Virus record (IMG/VR): IMGVR_UViG_3300006737_000017
Span: 32,001-96,000 of that record
Length of the DNA: 64,000 nt
DNA from: a virus
Reading direction: 5' to 3' (one strand)
This document shows positions 28,132 to 36,738 of the stretch, piece after piece (position 1 is the stretch's first letter; each line of letters opens with the position of its first letter). The notes under the pieces are model-generated. The model did no database searches and was not told the DNA's origin. It saw only the letters and a program-made list of their open reading frames with translations. The position numbers and the translations under genes are program-made.

Positions 28132-28741
28132 TATACAAGGACCAAAAGGAAAAGTAACCAAGCATCATCAGAGAGGTAGACCGCTAAGGTATCTACTTCA
28201 ATCTGAGATAGAAGAAGCTATGGAGAATACTAAATCTAATTTAGCTGCTTCTAAATGGTGCAAGGTTTCCTTTACTACTTATAAAAAATATGCCTCAAGC
28301 TATTACGATTCAGATGGTAAATCTTTATATGAAAAACATAAGAATCAAACTGGTAGAGGTATTTCTCAGTTTAGAGAAGGTCACCATGGGAATCAGTACC
28401 CATTAGAAGATATCTGTGAAGGTAAACATCCAGAATATCCAACGTGGAAATTGCTAAAGAGGTTGATCAAGCACAAAGTAAAAGATGAATGCTGCGAGAT
28501 TTGTGGTTTTGCTGAAAAACGGAAAGGAGATGGTAAAGTTCCATTGATACTTGGTTTTGACGATAGAAACAAATTAAACAGGAAACTAAAGAATTTAATA
28601 GTAATGTGCTATAATTGTTTCTTCATTCATCAGGGTAAATTAGCTGGAGGGAAGGATGCTCCATACCCACGTAAAAATAGCACTTTACTTAAAAAAGATA
28701 ATCTTGACGAACAAGATTACGAAATGTTACGAAATTTATAA
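28124..28741 (+). CDS. HTH plus degenerate HNH-like zinc-binding protein
   Basis: HTH-like SNLAASKWCKVSFTTYKKY; CEICG...N....NL..MCYNC. Confidence 0.55.
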   Translation: MSSIQGPKGKVTKHHQRGRPLRYLLQSEIEEAMENTKSNLAASKWCKVSFTTYKKYASSYYDSDGKSLYEKHKNQTGRGISQFREGHHGNQYPLEDICEGKHPEYPTWKLLKRLIKHKVKDECCEICGFAEKRKGDGKVPLILGFDDRNKLNRKLKNLIVMCYNCFFIHQGKLAGGKDAPYPRKNSTLLKKDNLDEQDYEMLRNL

Positions 28742-28755
28742 AAAAGGAAAAAGTT

Positions 28756-28974
28756 ATGTATTATTTAGGAAGAGTAGAATTTACAACAGTAGTCGACACA
28801 AAAGGTGGTGGCACTAAAGAAAAGAAAAACAGAGTACAATATTTAGTTGATGCAATGTCTTGCACAGAAGCTGAATCAAGAATAGTTGAAAATCTAAAAG
28901 ATTCAGTTGATGACTATGAAATAAAGGGTGTACAACAATCAAAAATAATTGAAGTATTTGAGCATAAAGCTTAA
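28756..28974 (+). CDS. DUF4494-like protein
   Basis: YLVDAMSCTEAE..I, then SKIIEVF; the family is typical of Bacteroidota. Confidence 0.7.
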   Translation: MYYLGRVEFTTVVDTKGGGTKEKKNRVQYLVDAMSCTEAESRIVENLKDSVDDYEIKGVQQSKIIEVFEHKA

Positions 28975-29085
28975 CTTAACTGATATTTATCTACGAGGAT
29001 CCGGGGAAAAGATAATACTTACGCGACCTTAAATTAAGTATACTGGATGGGTATTTAATTTTAACAAACATTTTAGGAGTTTATT

Positions 29086-29502
29086 ATGACAAGATTACAT
29101 TTTCACGAGCGGTTGTTTCCAACCGACCTTCTGTTCAAAAATTTCTTTGAAACAGATTCAAATTTTCAATCTCACGTAGACAACAAACCTAACTATCCTT
29201 GTGATTTATTCACAACTGATGAAGGCTTGGGTATTGAGATTGCAGCTGTTGGTTTAGATAAAAAAGATATCAAAATCGAAACAGCAGAAAATCAAATTAA
29301 AATTAGTTACGAAAGGACTGACGATGAACAATCAGTTGATTATATTCATAGAGGCATTGCTAGAAGATCTTTTAACTTAGGGTGGAAGATTTCTCCAAAG
29401 TTCAACTTAAATAGAGTTGATGCCAAAATGGATAAAGGGTTACTTACAATCTTCATTCCAATTGCTGATGAAGCTAAACCAAAAGCAATTACAATAGGAT
29501 AA
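29086..29502 (+). CDS. Small heat-shock protein (Hsp20/IbpA-like)
   Basis: YP..L, EIAAVG, YIHRGIARRSF, AKMDKGLLTI.IP. Confidence 0.92.
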   Translation: MTRLHFHERLFPTDLLFKNFFETDSNFQSHVDNKPNYPCDLFTTDEGLGIEIAAVGLDKKDIKIETAENQIKISYERTDDEQSVDYIHRGIARRSFNLGWKISPKFNLNRVDAKMDKGLLTIFIPIADEAKPKAITIG

Positions 29503-29550
29503 TTTTATCCGAATACCCATCCGGTATTAGTTATATAAAATAAAAAGCAT

Positions 29551-29904
29551 ATGAAAAACTTATTGAATACAATTGTCTGGGGAATACTAAAAATATCGCT
29601 AATAGTAGTTAGTGCATTCATTTTAGTAATAATCATCAATTCTTTAATCAGAGGAGATAAACTAGATCCCAATGACCCAAGACCACCTGGACCCTTATAC
29701 AATTACTGGCATCCAAGTTGGGATGAAAACAATCCAAGAACTATAATCCCAAATGGAGAAGGCACAATAGAATACGAAGATGGAACAATAGATTCTGTTA
29801 GATGGAGTGAAGATGAGGTTACAAGAGGAGTATCACCAGACCCGATTCAAACTGATGAATGGCAAATGTGGATAACAGGAGATGGAGATACGATATGGGA
29901 ATAG
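29551..29904 (+). CDS. Membrane-anchored hypothetical protein
   Basis: N-terminal TM. Confidence 0.6.
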   Translation: MKNLLNTIVWGILKISLIVVSAFILVIIINSLIRGDKLDPNDPRPPGPLYNYWHPSWDENNPRTIIPNGEGTIEYEDGTIDSVRWSEDEVTRGVSPDPIQTDEWQMWITGDGDTIWE

Positions 29905-29982
29905 AAGCAAAAGTTATAGCATTAACAATTATTGTTATCTTAGCTATGATAGTTTACGAATTAATAAAAGCAAAAATAACAA

Positions 29983-30432
29983 ATGATCAATAGTACTAAA
30001 GAGTGGGATTGGATGGATAACAATAAGCAGAAGAGATTAGATAATACTTATCTGAAAATGGCAGAATGCTGGGCTGAATTATCTCATAGTAAAAGGTCTA
30101 AGGTTGGAGCATTAATAGTAAAAGATCAGATGATTATATCAGATGGATATAATGGAACACCTACTGGCTTTGAAAATAGTTGCGAAATAGATGGTGTTAC
30201 AAAATGGGAAGTTCTTCACGCTGAAGCTAATGCCATATTGAAATGTGCAAAGCATGGTACATCATTAAAAGGTGGTACTTTATACTTAACAATGTCTCCA
30301 TGTAAAGATTGTGCTAAATTAATTTTTCAATCGGGGATAATTAGAGTAGTTTACAGAACTGAATATAGAGATAAAGAGGGTATAACATTCTTAAAAAGAT
30401 CTGGTGTAGATATATCAAAGTTTTCTGCATAA
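29983..30432 (+). CDS. dCMP deaminase
   Basis: GYNG, HAEANA, SPCKDC. Confidence 0.92.
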   Translation: MINSTKEWDWMDNNKQKRLDNTYLKMAECWAELSHSKRSKVGALIVKDQMIISDGYNGTPTGFENSCEIDGVTKWEVLHAEANAILKCAKHGTSLKGGTLYLTMSPCKDCAKLIFQSGIIRVVYRTEYRDKEGITFLKRSGVDISKFSA

Positions 30433-30434
30433 AA

Positions 30435-30466
30435 TTTGGATAAGTCGTAAATTTTTGTTATATTTA
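30435..30466 (+). promoter_or_regulatory. Early-type promoter
   Basis: TTTGGATAAGTC-N-TATATTTA. Confidence 0.75.
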
Positions 30467-30764
30467 TACATAAAGAAAAACAAATTATGCTAGAATATTT
30501 TTTCATAGGGATAATGACAATGTGGTTAATAGAATGGGGTTCACCATATCCATGGACAATGTTTGAAAGAGCATTGATAATTACCTTATGGCCAGTTGCA
30601 TTTATGATTATGTTGCATGCATTATATAAAAGATTCGAAGATAACAATGAGGGAAATTGATAAAGTAAGATTTGCAATATTGAAAGCTAAGATAGAAAAA
30701 AAGCCACCAATAATAATCCAAAAATTACAACAGAGATTAGATAAACTATCAAGGGATAAAAAAG

Positions 30765-31004
30765 ATGGGAATGTATGAAGATCTATTCTATGAGATTACA
30801 GAATCTATAGAATCAAAAGGTTTAAGAAAAGAGTTTGATGCTCAACTCAACAAAATGAGCGAACAAGCAAAACACCGTTACAAAGAAACCAGAGATAGAT
30901 GGGATTATGCCTATCAAAAAGTTATAAAAAAATATGAAAACGAAAGAAATCAAAAAATTCAAAAGACGCAGAGCACTAATCTGCAAGATGGTAAGAAAAA
31001 GTAA
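30765..31004 (+). CDS. Hypothetical protein
   Basis: ORF track. Confidence 0.55.
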   Translation: MGMYEDLFYEITESIESKGLRKEFDAQLNKMSEQAKHRYKETRDRWDYAYQKVIKKYENERNQKIQKTQSTNLQDGKKK

Positions 31005-31326
31005 TTCAAACCCTGAATACTTCAGATACGAAGTAACCGTTGGGGAAACAGATGGTACAATTACTGTTCACCCAGTCTATGGGAAAGATATGCAAGATGC
31101 AATTACCAGATTATTACATCAGGAAAGAACTATCAAAATAGAAAAGAAAATGGAAAGGAATCCTTTGATATTCTTTCTAGTATGGATGGCTGTTATGGCA
31201 ATTCCAGTTTTAATTCATCAAGACTTGACTTATACACCATGGTTCATATTATATATGTTTGGTACTTTCACTGCAATATTTCTATTTGCAGGGTATTGGC
31301 AAAGTTATTTAGAAAGAGGACAATAA
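30934..31326 (+). CDS. Membrane protein
   Basis: Two C-terminal TMs. Confidence 0.6.
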   Translation: MKTKEIKKFKRRRALICKMVRKSNSNPEYFRYEVTVGETDGTITVHPVYGKDMQDAITRLLHQERTIKIEKKMERNPLIFFLVWMAVMAIPVLIHQDLTYTPWFILYMFGTFTAIFLFAGYWQSYLERGQ

Positions 31327-31560
31327 ATGCAAACATCAACAATATTAGCAGTAATAGGGCTAGCAGTATTCTTCATACTAATCTTAGTATTAGAAGTAAT
31401 GTCTACACCTACAATGAAAGAAAGAAAAGATGGAACAGAATACCTTCCACCTTTAAGCAAAAGACAAGAACAATATCAATTTTCAGCAAAGCTATGTTTC
31501 TATGGAATGCTAGGAATGATATTCACAATACTAATATCTGTATTGGAATCTTGCAATTAA
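31327..31560 (+). CDS. Small membrane protein
   Basis: Two TMs. Confidence 0.55.
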   Translation: MQTSTILAVIGLAVFFILILVLEVMSTPTMKERKDGTEYLPPLSKRQEQYQFSAKLCFYGMLGMIFTILISVLESCN

Positions 31561-31599
31561 CCCCCCGCGTATATAATATTACTTGGTACGCGATTATGG
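31559..31599. repeat. Inverted repeat, copy 1 (partner at 35122-35162)
   Basis: AACCCCCCGCG-AT spacer-ACTTGGTACGCGATTATGG matches the reverse complement of 35122-35162. Confidence 0.8.
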
Positions 31600-31634
31600 T
31601 GCAAGCACCGTTATAAACAATTAGGAAGTAAGAT

Positions 31635-31880
31635 ATGATTATAAATCACAAAGAAAAACGATTTTCAGCAGGACAAAGAATACAATGGATGCAAAAAAAT
31701 CAAATGGTTCCTCATCCGCAAGGCAAGACAGATAGAAAAGGAGATATTTTACCAGTAATGCGCACAAAGCAATTAACCGGTACTATAATTCATACAAACA
31801 TTGGAGGATATGAAGTAAAACCAGACGACAGAGCATATCACATGAACGTTTCAGAAGAATTAGCAGTTTTAATAAAATAA
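31635..31880 (+). CDS. Hypothetical protein
   Basis: ORF track. Confidence 0.55.
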   Translation: MIINHKEKRFSAGQRIQWMQKNQMVPHPQGKTDRKGDILPVMRTKQLTGTIIHTNIGGYEVKPDDRAYHMNVSEELAVLIK

Positions 31881-31888
31881 TTGCAACC

Positions 31889-32203
31889 ATGAAATTTTGT
31901 ATAGGAAATTCAAGCATTGAAGGAAAAGGAATAATAGCAACAGAAGCAATTGCTAAAGGATCCATAATAGGTAAAGCATATGATATAATAGGCAAGACTC
32001 CGCAAGGTTATATAATCGGTAACTCGCATACATTAGGAACATATCATAATCATTCCATACAACCAACTGCAAAGCCTATTATTAAAAGAAATGAAATACA
32101 TTTTACAGCGATACACGATATACAACCTGGACAAGAAATTACATGCAATTACAATGCATACAGAATATTAAATATAACAAACTTAGAGAAACCAACATGG
32201 TAA
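31889..32203 (+). CDS. Minimal SET-domain protein
   Basis: SSIEGKGIIA...I.KG; YHNHS..P; AIHDI.PGQEITCNY. Confidence 0.8.
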   Translation: MKFCIGNSSIEGKGIIATEAIAKGSIIGKAYDIIGKTPQGYIIGNSHTLGTYHNHSIQPTAKPIIKRNEIHFTAIHDIQPGQEITCNYNAYRILNITNLEKPTW

Positions 32204-32391
32204 ACTGGAAATCAACAGACAATACATACACGTCTATAAAGAAACAAAACACTATACACAAAGCTAGAATGGCAAATGAATTACGTGCTAATGGCATATC
32301 CGTATCAGGTATTGCCACAATGCTGAATTTAAGCAAATCACGTATCTATGAGTATCTACGCAAGGACTTTATCGCACCGAATAACGGGTAA
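32197..32391 (+). CDS. Small HTH protein
   Basis: GISVSGIATMLNLSKSRIYEYL. Confidence 0.7.
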   Translation: MVNWKSTDNTYTSIKKQNTIHKARMANELRANGISVSGIATMLNLSKSRIYEYLRKDFIAPNNG

Positions 32392-32621
32392 TTAGTAATA
32401 CACACAGGCTGCATGAATACATCCACACTATATAACAGTATACCTATATATGAATATTCAAATAGCTAAAATAATTTGCTAAATAATAAAATAATGCTGG
32501 CCCGTGTGTCCCGAGGATGTACTTTTTTTGCCGGCTAATGAACTTTTACACTGGGCCCTTAGGTACGTCTCACCTACCCTATTACTGCAATAGCACAGGC
32601 TTAAACGGGCTTAAAACCGCA

Positions 32622-32696
32622 TGACAAATTGTCTCTTTATTTTGCCAAATTGTCACCTAAAAAATTTGGATATGTCAATTTTTTTTCTTATATTTA
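32622..32696 (+). promoter_or_regulatory. Two TG(A/C)CAAATTGTC palindromes plus an early-type promoter
   Basis: Palindromes at 32622 and 32643; TTTG at 32665. Confidence 0.8.
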
Positions 32697-32723
32697 TATA
32701 TAACAAATTCAAACTCAAGATCT

Positions 32724-32900
32724 ATGAACAATCTTAAATTTTATCTCGGTGCTATTGTCTCTTATTACCTAGCTTATATAACAGGTACAGGAGAGATACT
32801 TAACTATGTTCCCTTTGCTGATCCATTAAATGAAATGGCTTTCTTTGTACTTATGATTACAACAGGCTCAGGATTCTTAATGTGCACTAGAAAATGTTAA
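32724..32900 (+). CDS. Small membrane protein (58 aa)
   Basis: Open frame MNNLKFYLGA..., two hydrophobic segments, downstream of a promoter. Confidence 0.6.
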   Translation: MNNLKFYLGAIVSYYLAYITGTGEILNYVPFADPLNEMAFFVLMITTGSGFLMCTRKC

Positions 32901-32971
32901 TAACTTTACTGATATTGTTAATAACTAACCGCTAAATAATTTGGATAAGTCGCAAAAATGTCTTATATTTA
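32895..32971 (+). promoter_or_regulatory. Twin TGTTAATAAC boxes plus an early-type promoter
   Basis: Boxes at 32895 and 32916; TTTG at 32940. Confidence 0.8.
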
Positions 32972-33000
32972 TATATAATTAATAACTAACACTACACTAC

Positions 33001-34197
33001 ATGAAGTACATTCTAAAAATTTCAACTGTTACTAAAACAGAAATCAAACTGGAATCAGGTAAAAATACCTTTACATTACCTGCTAGTCCAGAAGCTTTGA
33101 AAAAAGCTAAAGCTGCTATGAGGAAAGGAACCAACATTGCTCTTACTATAGATGGTGAGATGCTAAGCTTTGGTACCTCATCTGCTAAGACTAACGTTAC
33201 TAATGTTCCATCAGGACTAGAGAAATATTGGGACCAATACACTCCTCCTGTTAACAAGGAACATGCAGAGATGATGTCATTCATACACAATGACTCTGTT
33301 AAACTAAGACCTGAAATGCTAATGCTACCAGATCTACAATGGAAGTATCTCGTACGTTCTGTTATTAGAGGTAAAAACATTATGATGACCGGACCAGCTG
33401 GTTCAGGTAAAACAATGGCTGCTAAGGCTGTCGCTAATGCACTAGATAGACCAGAGTTCTATTTCAATCTAGGAGCTACTCAAGATCCAAGATCTACATT
33501 AGTTGGTAATACTCACTTCTCTAAAGATTCAGGGACTTTCTTCTCAGAGAGCTCTTTCGTTAAAGCAATCCAAACAGAGGATTCAATCATTCTATTAGAC
33601 GAACTATCAAGAGCTCACCCTGAAGCTTGGAATATCCTAATGACAGTATTAGACCCAGGTCAAAGATACTTAAGACTGGATGAAGCAGATAACTCACCAA
33701 CCATAAAGGTTGCCAAGGGAGTTACATTTATAGCTACTGCTAATATAGGTAATGAATATACATCTACAAGAGTAATGGACAGAGCATTACTAGATAGATT
33801 CACTATTATTGAAATGGGACTTCTCTCACAAGAAAAAGAGGAAGCATTACTTTGTATGCTATACCCAGAAGCAGATGTTACACTAATGAAAAATATTTCA
33901 GCAATAGTTTCTGCTACCAGAGATGAAATGAAAACAGAAGTACCAAGGATTTCAACATCAGTCTCTACAAGAACCTCAATAGAGTTCGCCTCTCTTGCTC
34001 ACGATGGCTTTTCACTCGAAGAAGCTGCTGAGGTTACAGTATATCCCTTATACGATGAAGCTGGAGGCTTAGATTCTGAAAGAACGTTTATAAAACAGCT
34101 AGTTCAGAAGTTTATACCAGCTAACACTGATGAAAACCTATTTAACACTGAAAAAGACGAATTATTCACTGAAGAAGATGTTAACAGTGCTTCATAA
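33001..34197 (+). CDS. MoxR-family AAA+ ATPase (CbbQ/NirQ/CobS-like)
   Basis: GPAGSGKT, ILLDELSR, FIATAN, DRALLDRF, STR. Confidence 0.9.
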   Translation: MKYILKISTVTKTEIKLESGKNTFTLPASPEALKKAKAAMRKGTNIALTIDGEMLSFGTSSAKTNVTNVPSGLEKYWDQYTPPVNKEHAEMMSFIHNDSVKLRPEMLMLPDLQWKYLVRSVIRGKNIMMTGPAGSGKTMAAKAVANALDRPEFYFNLGATQDPRSTLVGNTHFSKDSGTFFSESSFVKAIQTEDSIILLDELSRAHPEAWNILMTVLDPGQRYLRLDEADNSPTIKVAKGVTFIATANIGNEYTSTRVMDRALLDRFTIIEMGLLSQEKEEALLCMLYPEADVTLMKNISAIVSATRDEMKTEVPRISTSVSTRTSIEFASLAHDGFSLEEAAEVTVYPLYDEAGGLDSERTFIKQLVQKFIPANTDENLFNTEKDELFTEEDVNSAS

Positions 34198-34220
34198 CAA
34201 CAAAATCATGTAGTGGTGAT

Positions 34221-34287
34221 TAAGGTCCAAACTCGCTTAAAAATGCCCACCAATAGTTTATTGTAAGCAGCGAGTTTGGACTCCTTA
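34221..34287 (+). other. Strong hairpin downstream of the MoxR gene
   Basis: GTCCAAACTCGCT (34225-37) pairs with AGCGAGTTTGGAC (34269-81), 13 bp perfect. Confidence 0.7.
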
Positions 34288-34392
34288 GGGAGGGGGGTTA
34301 GGCCGTTTATATGCCGAGCTCAATTTTTTTACCCGGGGTTTTTCTTTTACCCTACTATAAATTAAATTTAATTAAATAATATACTAAATACT

Positions 34393-34653
34393 ATGCACAT
34401 GCTAAATACTAAATTACACGAGAAAAGAACCTACAGAATAGAAGGAATATTTTGGGTTCCATCTTACAAAGACTTTGATTACGACGACTTTCAAGTGCAA
34501 GCTTACAACAAGCGTCAAGCAAAGCAAAAAGCTATGGCACATCCAATGTGGAACCTAGCTAAAAAGCCTCCTGCGATTAGCAGGGTCTATGACGAACACA
34601 GTATACTAGAAAGCATGGTAGATGATTATTGCAATTCAGATATAAACAGATAA
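34393..34653 (+). CDS. Hypothetical protein
   Basis: ORF track. Confidence 0.55.
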   Translation: MHMLNTKLHEKRTYRIEGIFWVPSYKDFDYDDFQVQAYNKRQAKQKAMAHPMWNLAKKPPAISRVYDEHSILESMVDDYCNSDINR

Positions 34654-34663
34654 TAAAATTAAT

Positions 34664-34927
34664 ATGAAAAAAACACAAGCAGAAATCCTATTAGGTAAAT
34701 TTAAGAAATTAGTAACAGCCTTAAAAACGCAGGAAGAACCTAACCCTCAATGGTTAAACAATGTAATTGCTGTACTAGAAAGGCATAGTTTATTAGATAC
34801 TATGACACAAATATGTGATGCATGGCATTCAGAGTTTGATTCAGCCTCACACGGTAATTTAGGTGATCAAATGATTAAAGCTAATGATCTATGGAAAACT
34901 GCTAAGGTACACCCTATGTTTATCTAA
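34664..34927 (+). CDS. Hypothetical protein
   Basis: ORF track. Confidence 0.55.
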   Translation: MKKTQAEILLGKFKKLVTALKTQEEPNPQWLNNVIAVLERHSLLDTMTQICDAWHSEFDSASHGNLGDQMIKANDLWKTAKVHPMFI

Positions 34928-35127
34928 TGATGCATTACAAGGTTATTGCTATACACGACAAGCTATACAAGGTAAAGAGAATATTGCCTGAAACTAGAAT
35001 AAAGATGATTGATGGTTGGGCCGATGTTCTGCGAACCCTTTACAAGGCTGATATTATATTTAAGCGAGATGGCCAGCTTTACATTTGCGAAAGTATTGAT
35101 GACATAGACCATGACCCTATACCTTAA
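34927..35127 (+). CDS. Hypothetical protein
   Basis: ORF track, overlapping stop/start. Confidence 0.55.
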   Translation: MMHYKVIAIHDKLYKVKRILPETRIKMIDGWADVLRTLYKADIIFKRDGQLYICESIDDIDHDPIP

Positions 35128-35162
35128 CCGCGTACCAAGTTTTATAATAATGCGCGGGGGTT
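35122..35162. repeat. Inverted repeat, copy 2 (terminator-like on + strand)
   Basis: CCTTAACCGCGTACCAAGT-AT spacer-GCGCGGGGGTT followed by a T run. Confidence 0.8.
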
Positions 35163-35234
35163 TTTTGATATACATTTAACACAAGATTAATATTAAGATA
35201 ACATACCGATATGAAAGATAATATATTTATTAAT

Positions 35235-35315
35235 ATGAAACAAGAACCAATAGACGTTACACCTGTTCTATACATAGCTATTATGGCTATTGTATTTGCA
35301 TTAGGTATTTTATAG
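35235..35315 (+). CDS. 26-aa hydrophobic peptide
   Basis: MKQEPIDVTPVLYIAIMAIVFALGIL after TATATTTAT. Confidence 0.4.
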   Translation: MKQEPIDVTPVLYIAIMAIVFALGIL

Positions 35316-35316
35316 T

Positions 35317-35413
35317 AGACAAATTGTCATATGCAATTGTTAATAACTTTTGCAAAAGTGGACAAATTGTCACCTGTTTTATTTGGATAAGTCGTATTTT
35401 TTGATTATATTTA
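35317..35413 (+). promoter_or_regulatory. GACAAATTGTCA x2, a TGTTAATAAC box and an early-type promoter
   Basis: Palindromes at 35317 and 35360; box at 35338; TTTG at 35382. Confidence 0.8.
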
Positions 35414-35455
35414 TATATAAATAATTAACTAATCAAAACTTAAAAACTACTACGT

Positions 35456-35803
35456 ATGACTTATTTACAAAATTTACCTACTCTTACTGTTAAAGATCAA
35501 GCTTCTAAAATTACAGAATTAATTATTGAATTCATGGAATCAAATGGTTGGACTGAAATCGACGATGAAGGTAGAGGTCTTTTATTCGAAAGTGAAAAAG
35601 TTGGTTCAGAAGCTGAGGAGGAAGGACTCTTAGCTAATGATCAATATATTCAATTCTACAAAGGTTACTTCGGAGCTAACTCTGATCCTTCTGTTTTAGG
35701 TACTTGGATGTCAGACTCAGATGCTCACATCGATGCTATAGAAATGGAAGCACAAGCAGATGCTTATCTTACTCAAATTAAAAATTCAATCTTAAATAAA
35801 TAA
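35456..35803 (+). CDS. Early acidic hypothetical protein
   Basis: ORF after a promoter. Confidence 0.65.
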   Translation: MTYLQNLPTLTVKDQASKITELIIEFMESNGWTEIDDEGRGLLFESEKVGSEAEEEGLLANDQYIQFYKGYFGANSDPSVLGTWMSDSDAHIDAIEMEAQADAYLTQIKNSILNK

Positions 35804-35806
35804 AAT

Positions 35807-36217
35807 ATGATATTCGAAATTAAAGACGATTTAATCTATTCCAATGAACTCGATGGTTGGGTATTCATTGAAGACTATCTACTAATGATAGTAAATGATG
35901 CTGCTGAAACAATGAAGTCTTCAGCTACATTAAAATTTGTTTCCGCTTCTGATTCAGAAGGTAATCGTTGGAAATATCCTACAATCAAAACTAGTAATGA
36001 AGGTAAAGCTGAAGATGTTTGTCAATCTCTTATTGACCAAGGCATTCCAGCTCAGGTTGATCTTTACGAAGACGACGATGGTTACCCAGGGCAATTAAGA
36101 CAGATCTGGTCTGTTACCATTCCTGATATGGTTTTCACAGATATCGATTTACCTCATCACATTGATGACACAGTTTACAAATGGGATTCTCAGACAATGT
36201 CCTATGTTACCTGTTAA
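35807..36217 (+). CDS. Early acidic hypothetical protein
   Basis: ORF track. Confidence 0.65.
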   Translation: MIFEIKDDLIYSNELDGWVFIEDYLLMIVNDAAETMKSSATLKFVSASDSEGNRWKYPTIKTSNEGKAEDVCQSLIDQGIPAQVDLYEDDDGYPGQLRQIWSVTIPDMVFTDIDLPHHIDDTVYKWDSQTMSYVTC

Positions 36218-36278
36218 TAACTTATTAATAAGTTTCTCTCTTTTTATTTGGATATGTCAAATAAATTTCTTATATTTA
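36212..36278 (+). promoter_or_regulatory. TGTTAATAAC box plus an early-type promoter
   Basis: Box at 36212; TTTG at 36247. Confidence 0.75.
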
Positions 36279-36301
36279 ACTATAATTAAAAAATCACTAC
36301 T

Positions 36302-36526
36302 ATGGCACAATGCTTAAAATGTTTAGGACCAGTACCCCAGGGTCGATTAGACTTGGGTTACAAGGTTTGCATCAATTGCTCTACTACACAATCATACAGT
36401 TGTATTGCAATCACCAATCACAAGACTGGTAATAATATACAAATAGTTGACCAAGAAACGGCAGCTGCTTTTCGTAAAGCAACTCAACGTAAAGGTTACG
36501 GAATTATGGCTGGCTTAAAAGGATAA
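36302..36526 (+). CDS. Small C4 zinc-finger protein
   Basis: CLKC...P..RL..G...CINC. Confidence 0.7.
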   Translation: MAQCLKCLGPVPQGRLDLGYKVCINCSTTQSYSCIAITNHKTGNNIQIVDQETAAAFRKATQRKGYGIMAGLKG

Positions 36527-36638
36527 TATGAAAGGTTGCTTAACTATATTACTATTCGGTTTACTTATTGGTACTGGCCAATGGCTTTTGTTTCTTATAT
36601 GCCTTTGGTTGTACTCAATTTGCGATTGTGATTAATCT

Positions 36639-36712
36639 GGACCAGTAGCTCAGCTGGATAGAGCATTAGCCTTCTAAGCTAACGGTCGAAGGTTCGAATC
36701 CTTCCTGGTTCA
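36639..36712 (+). tRNA. tRNA-Arg (anticodon UCU)
   Basis: Acceptor GGACCAG/CTGGTTC-A; D arm GCTC..GAGC; anticodon arm TTAGC-CTTCTAA-GCTAA; T loop TTCGAAT; CCA not encoded. Confidence 0.95.
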
Positions 36713-36738
36713 CTAACAATAAAATTAAAATTACTACT

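Noticed and set aside
32496-32558. Possible HDV-like/theta ribozyme (GCTGGC...GCCGGCT)
   Set aside because: P3/L3/P1.1 geometry does not fit: the loop is too small and extra bases precede the P1 3' strand
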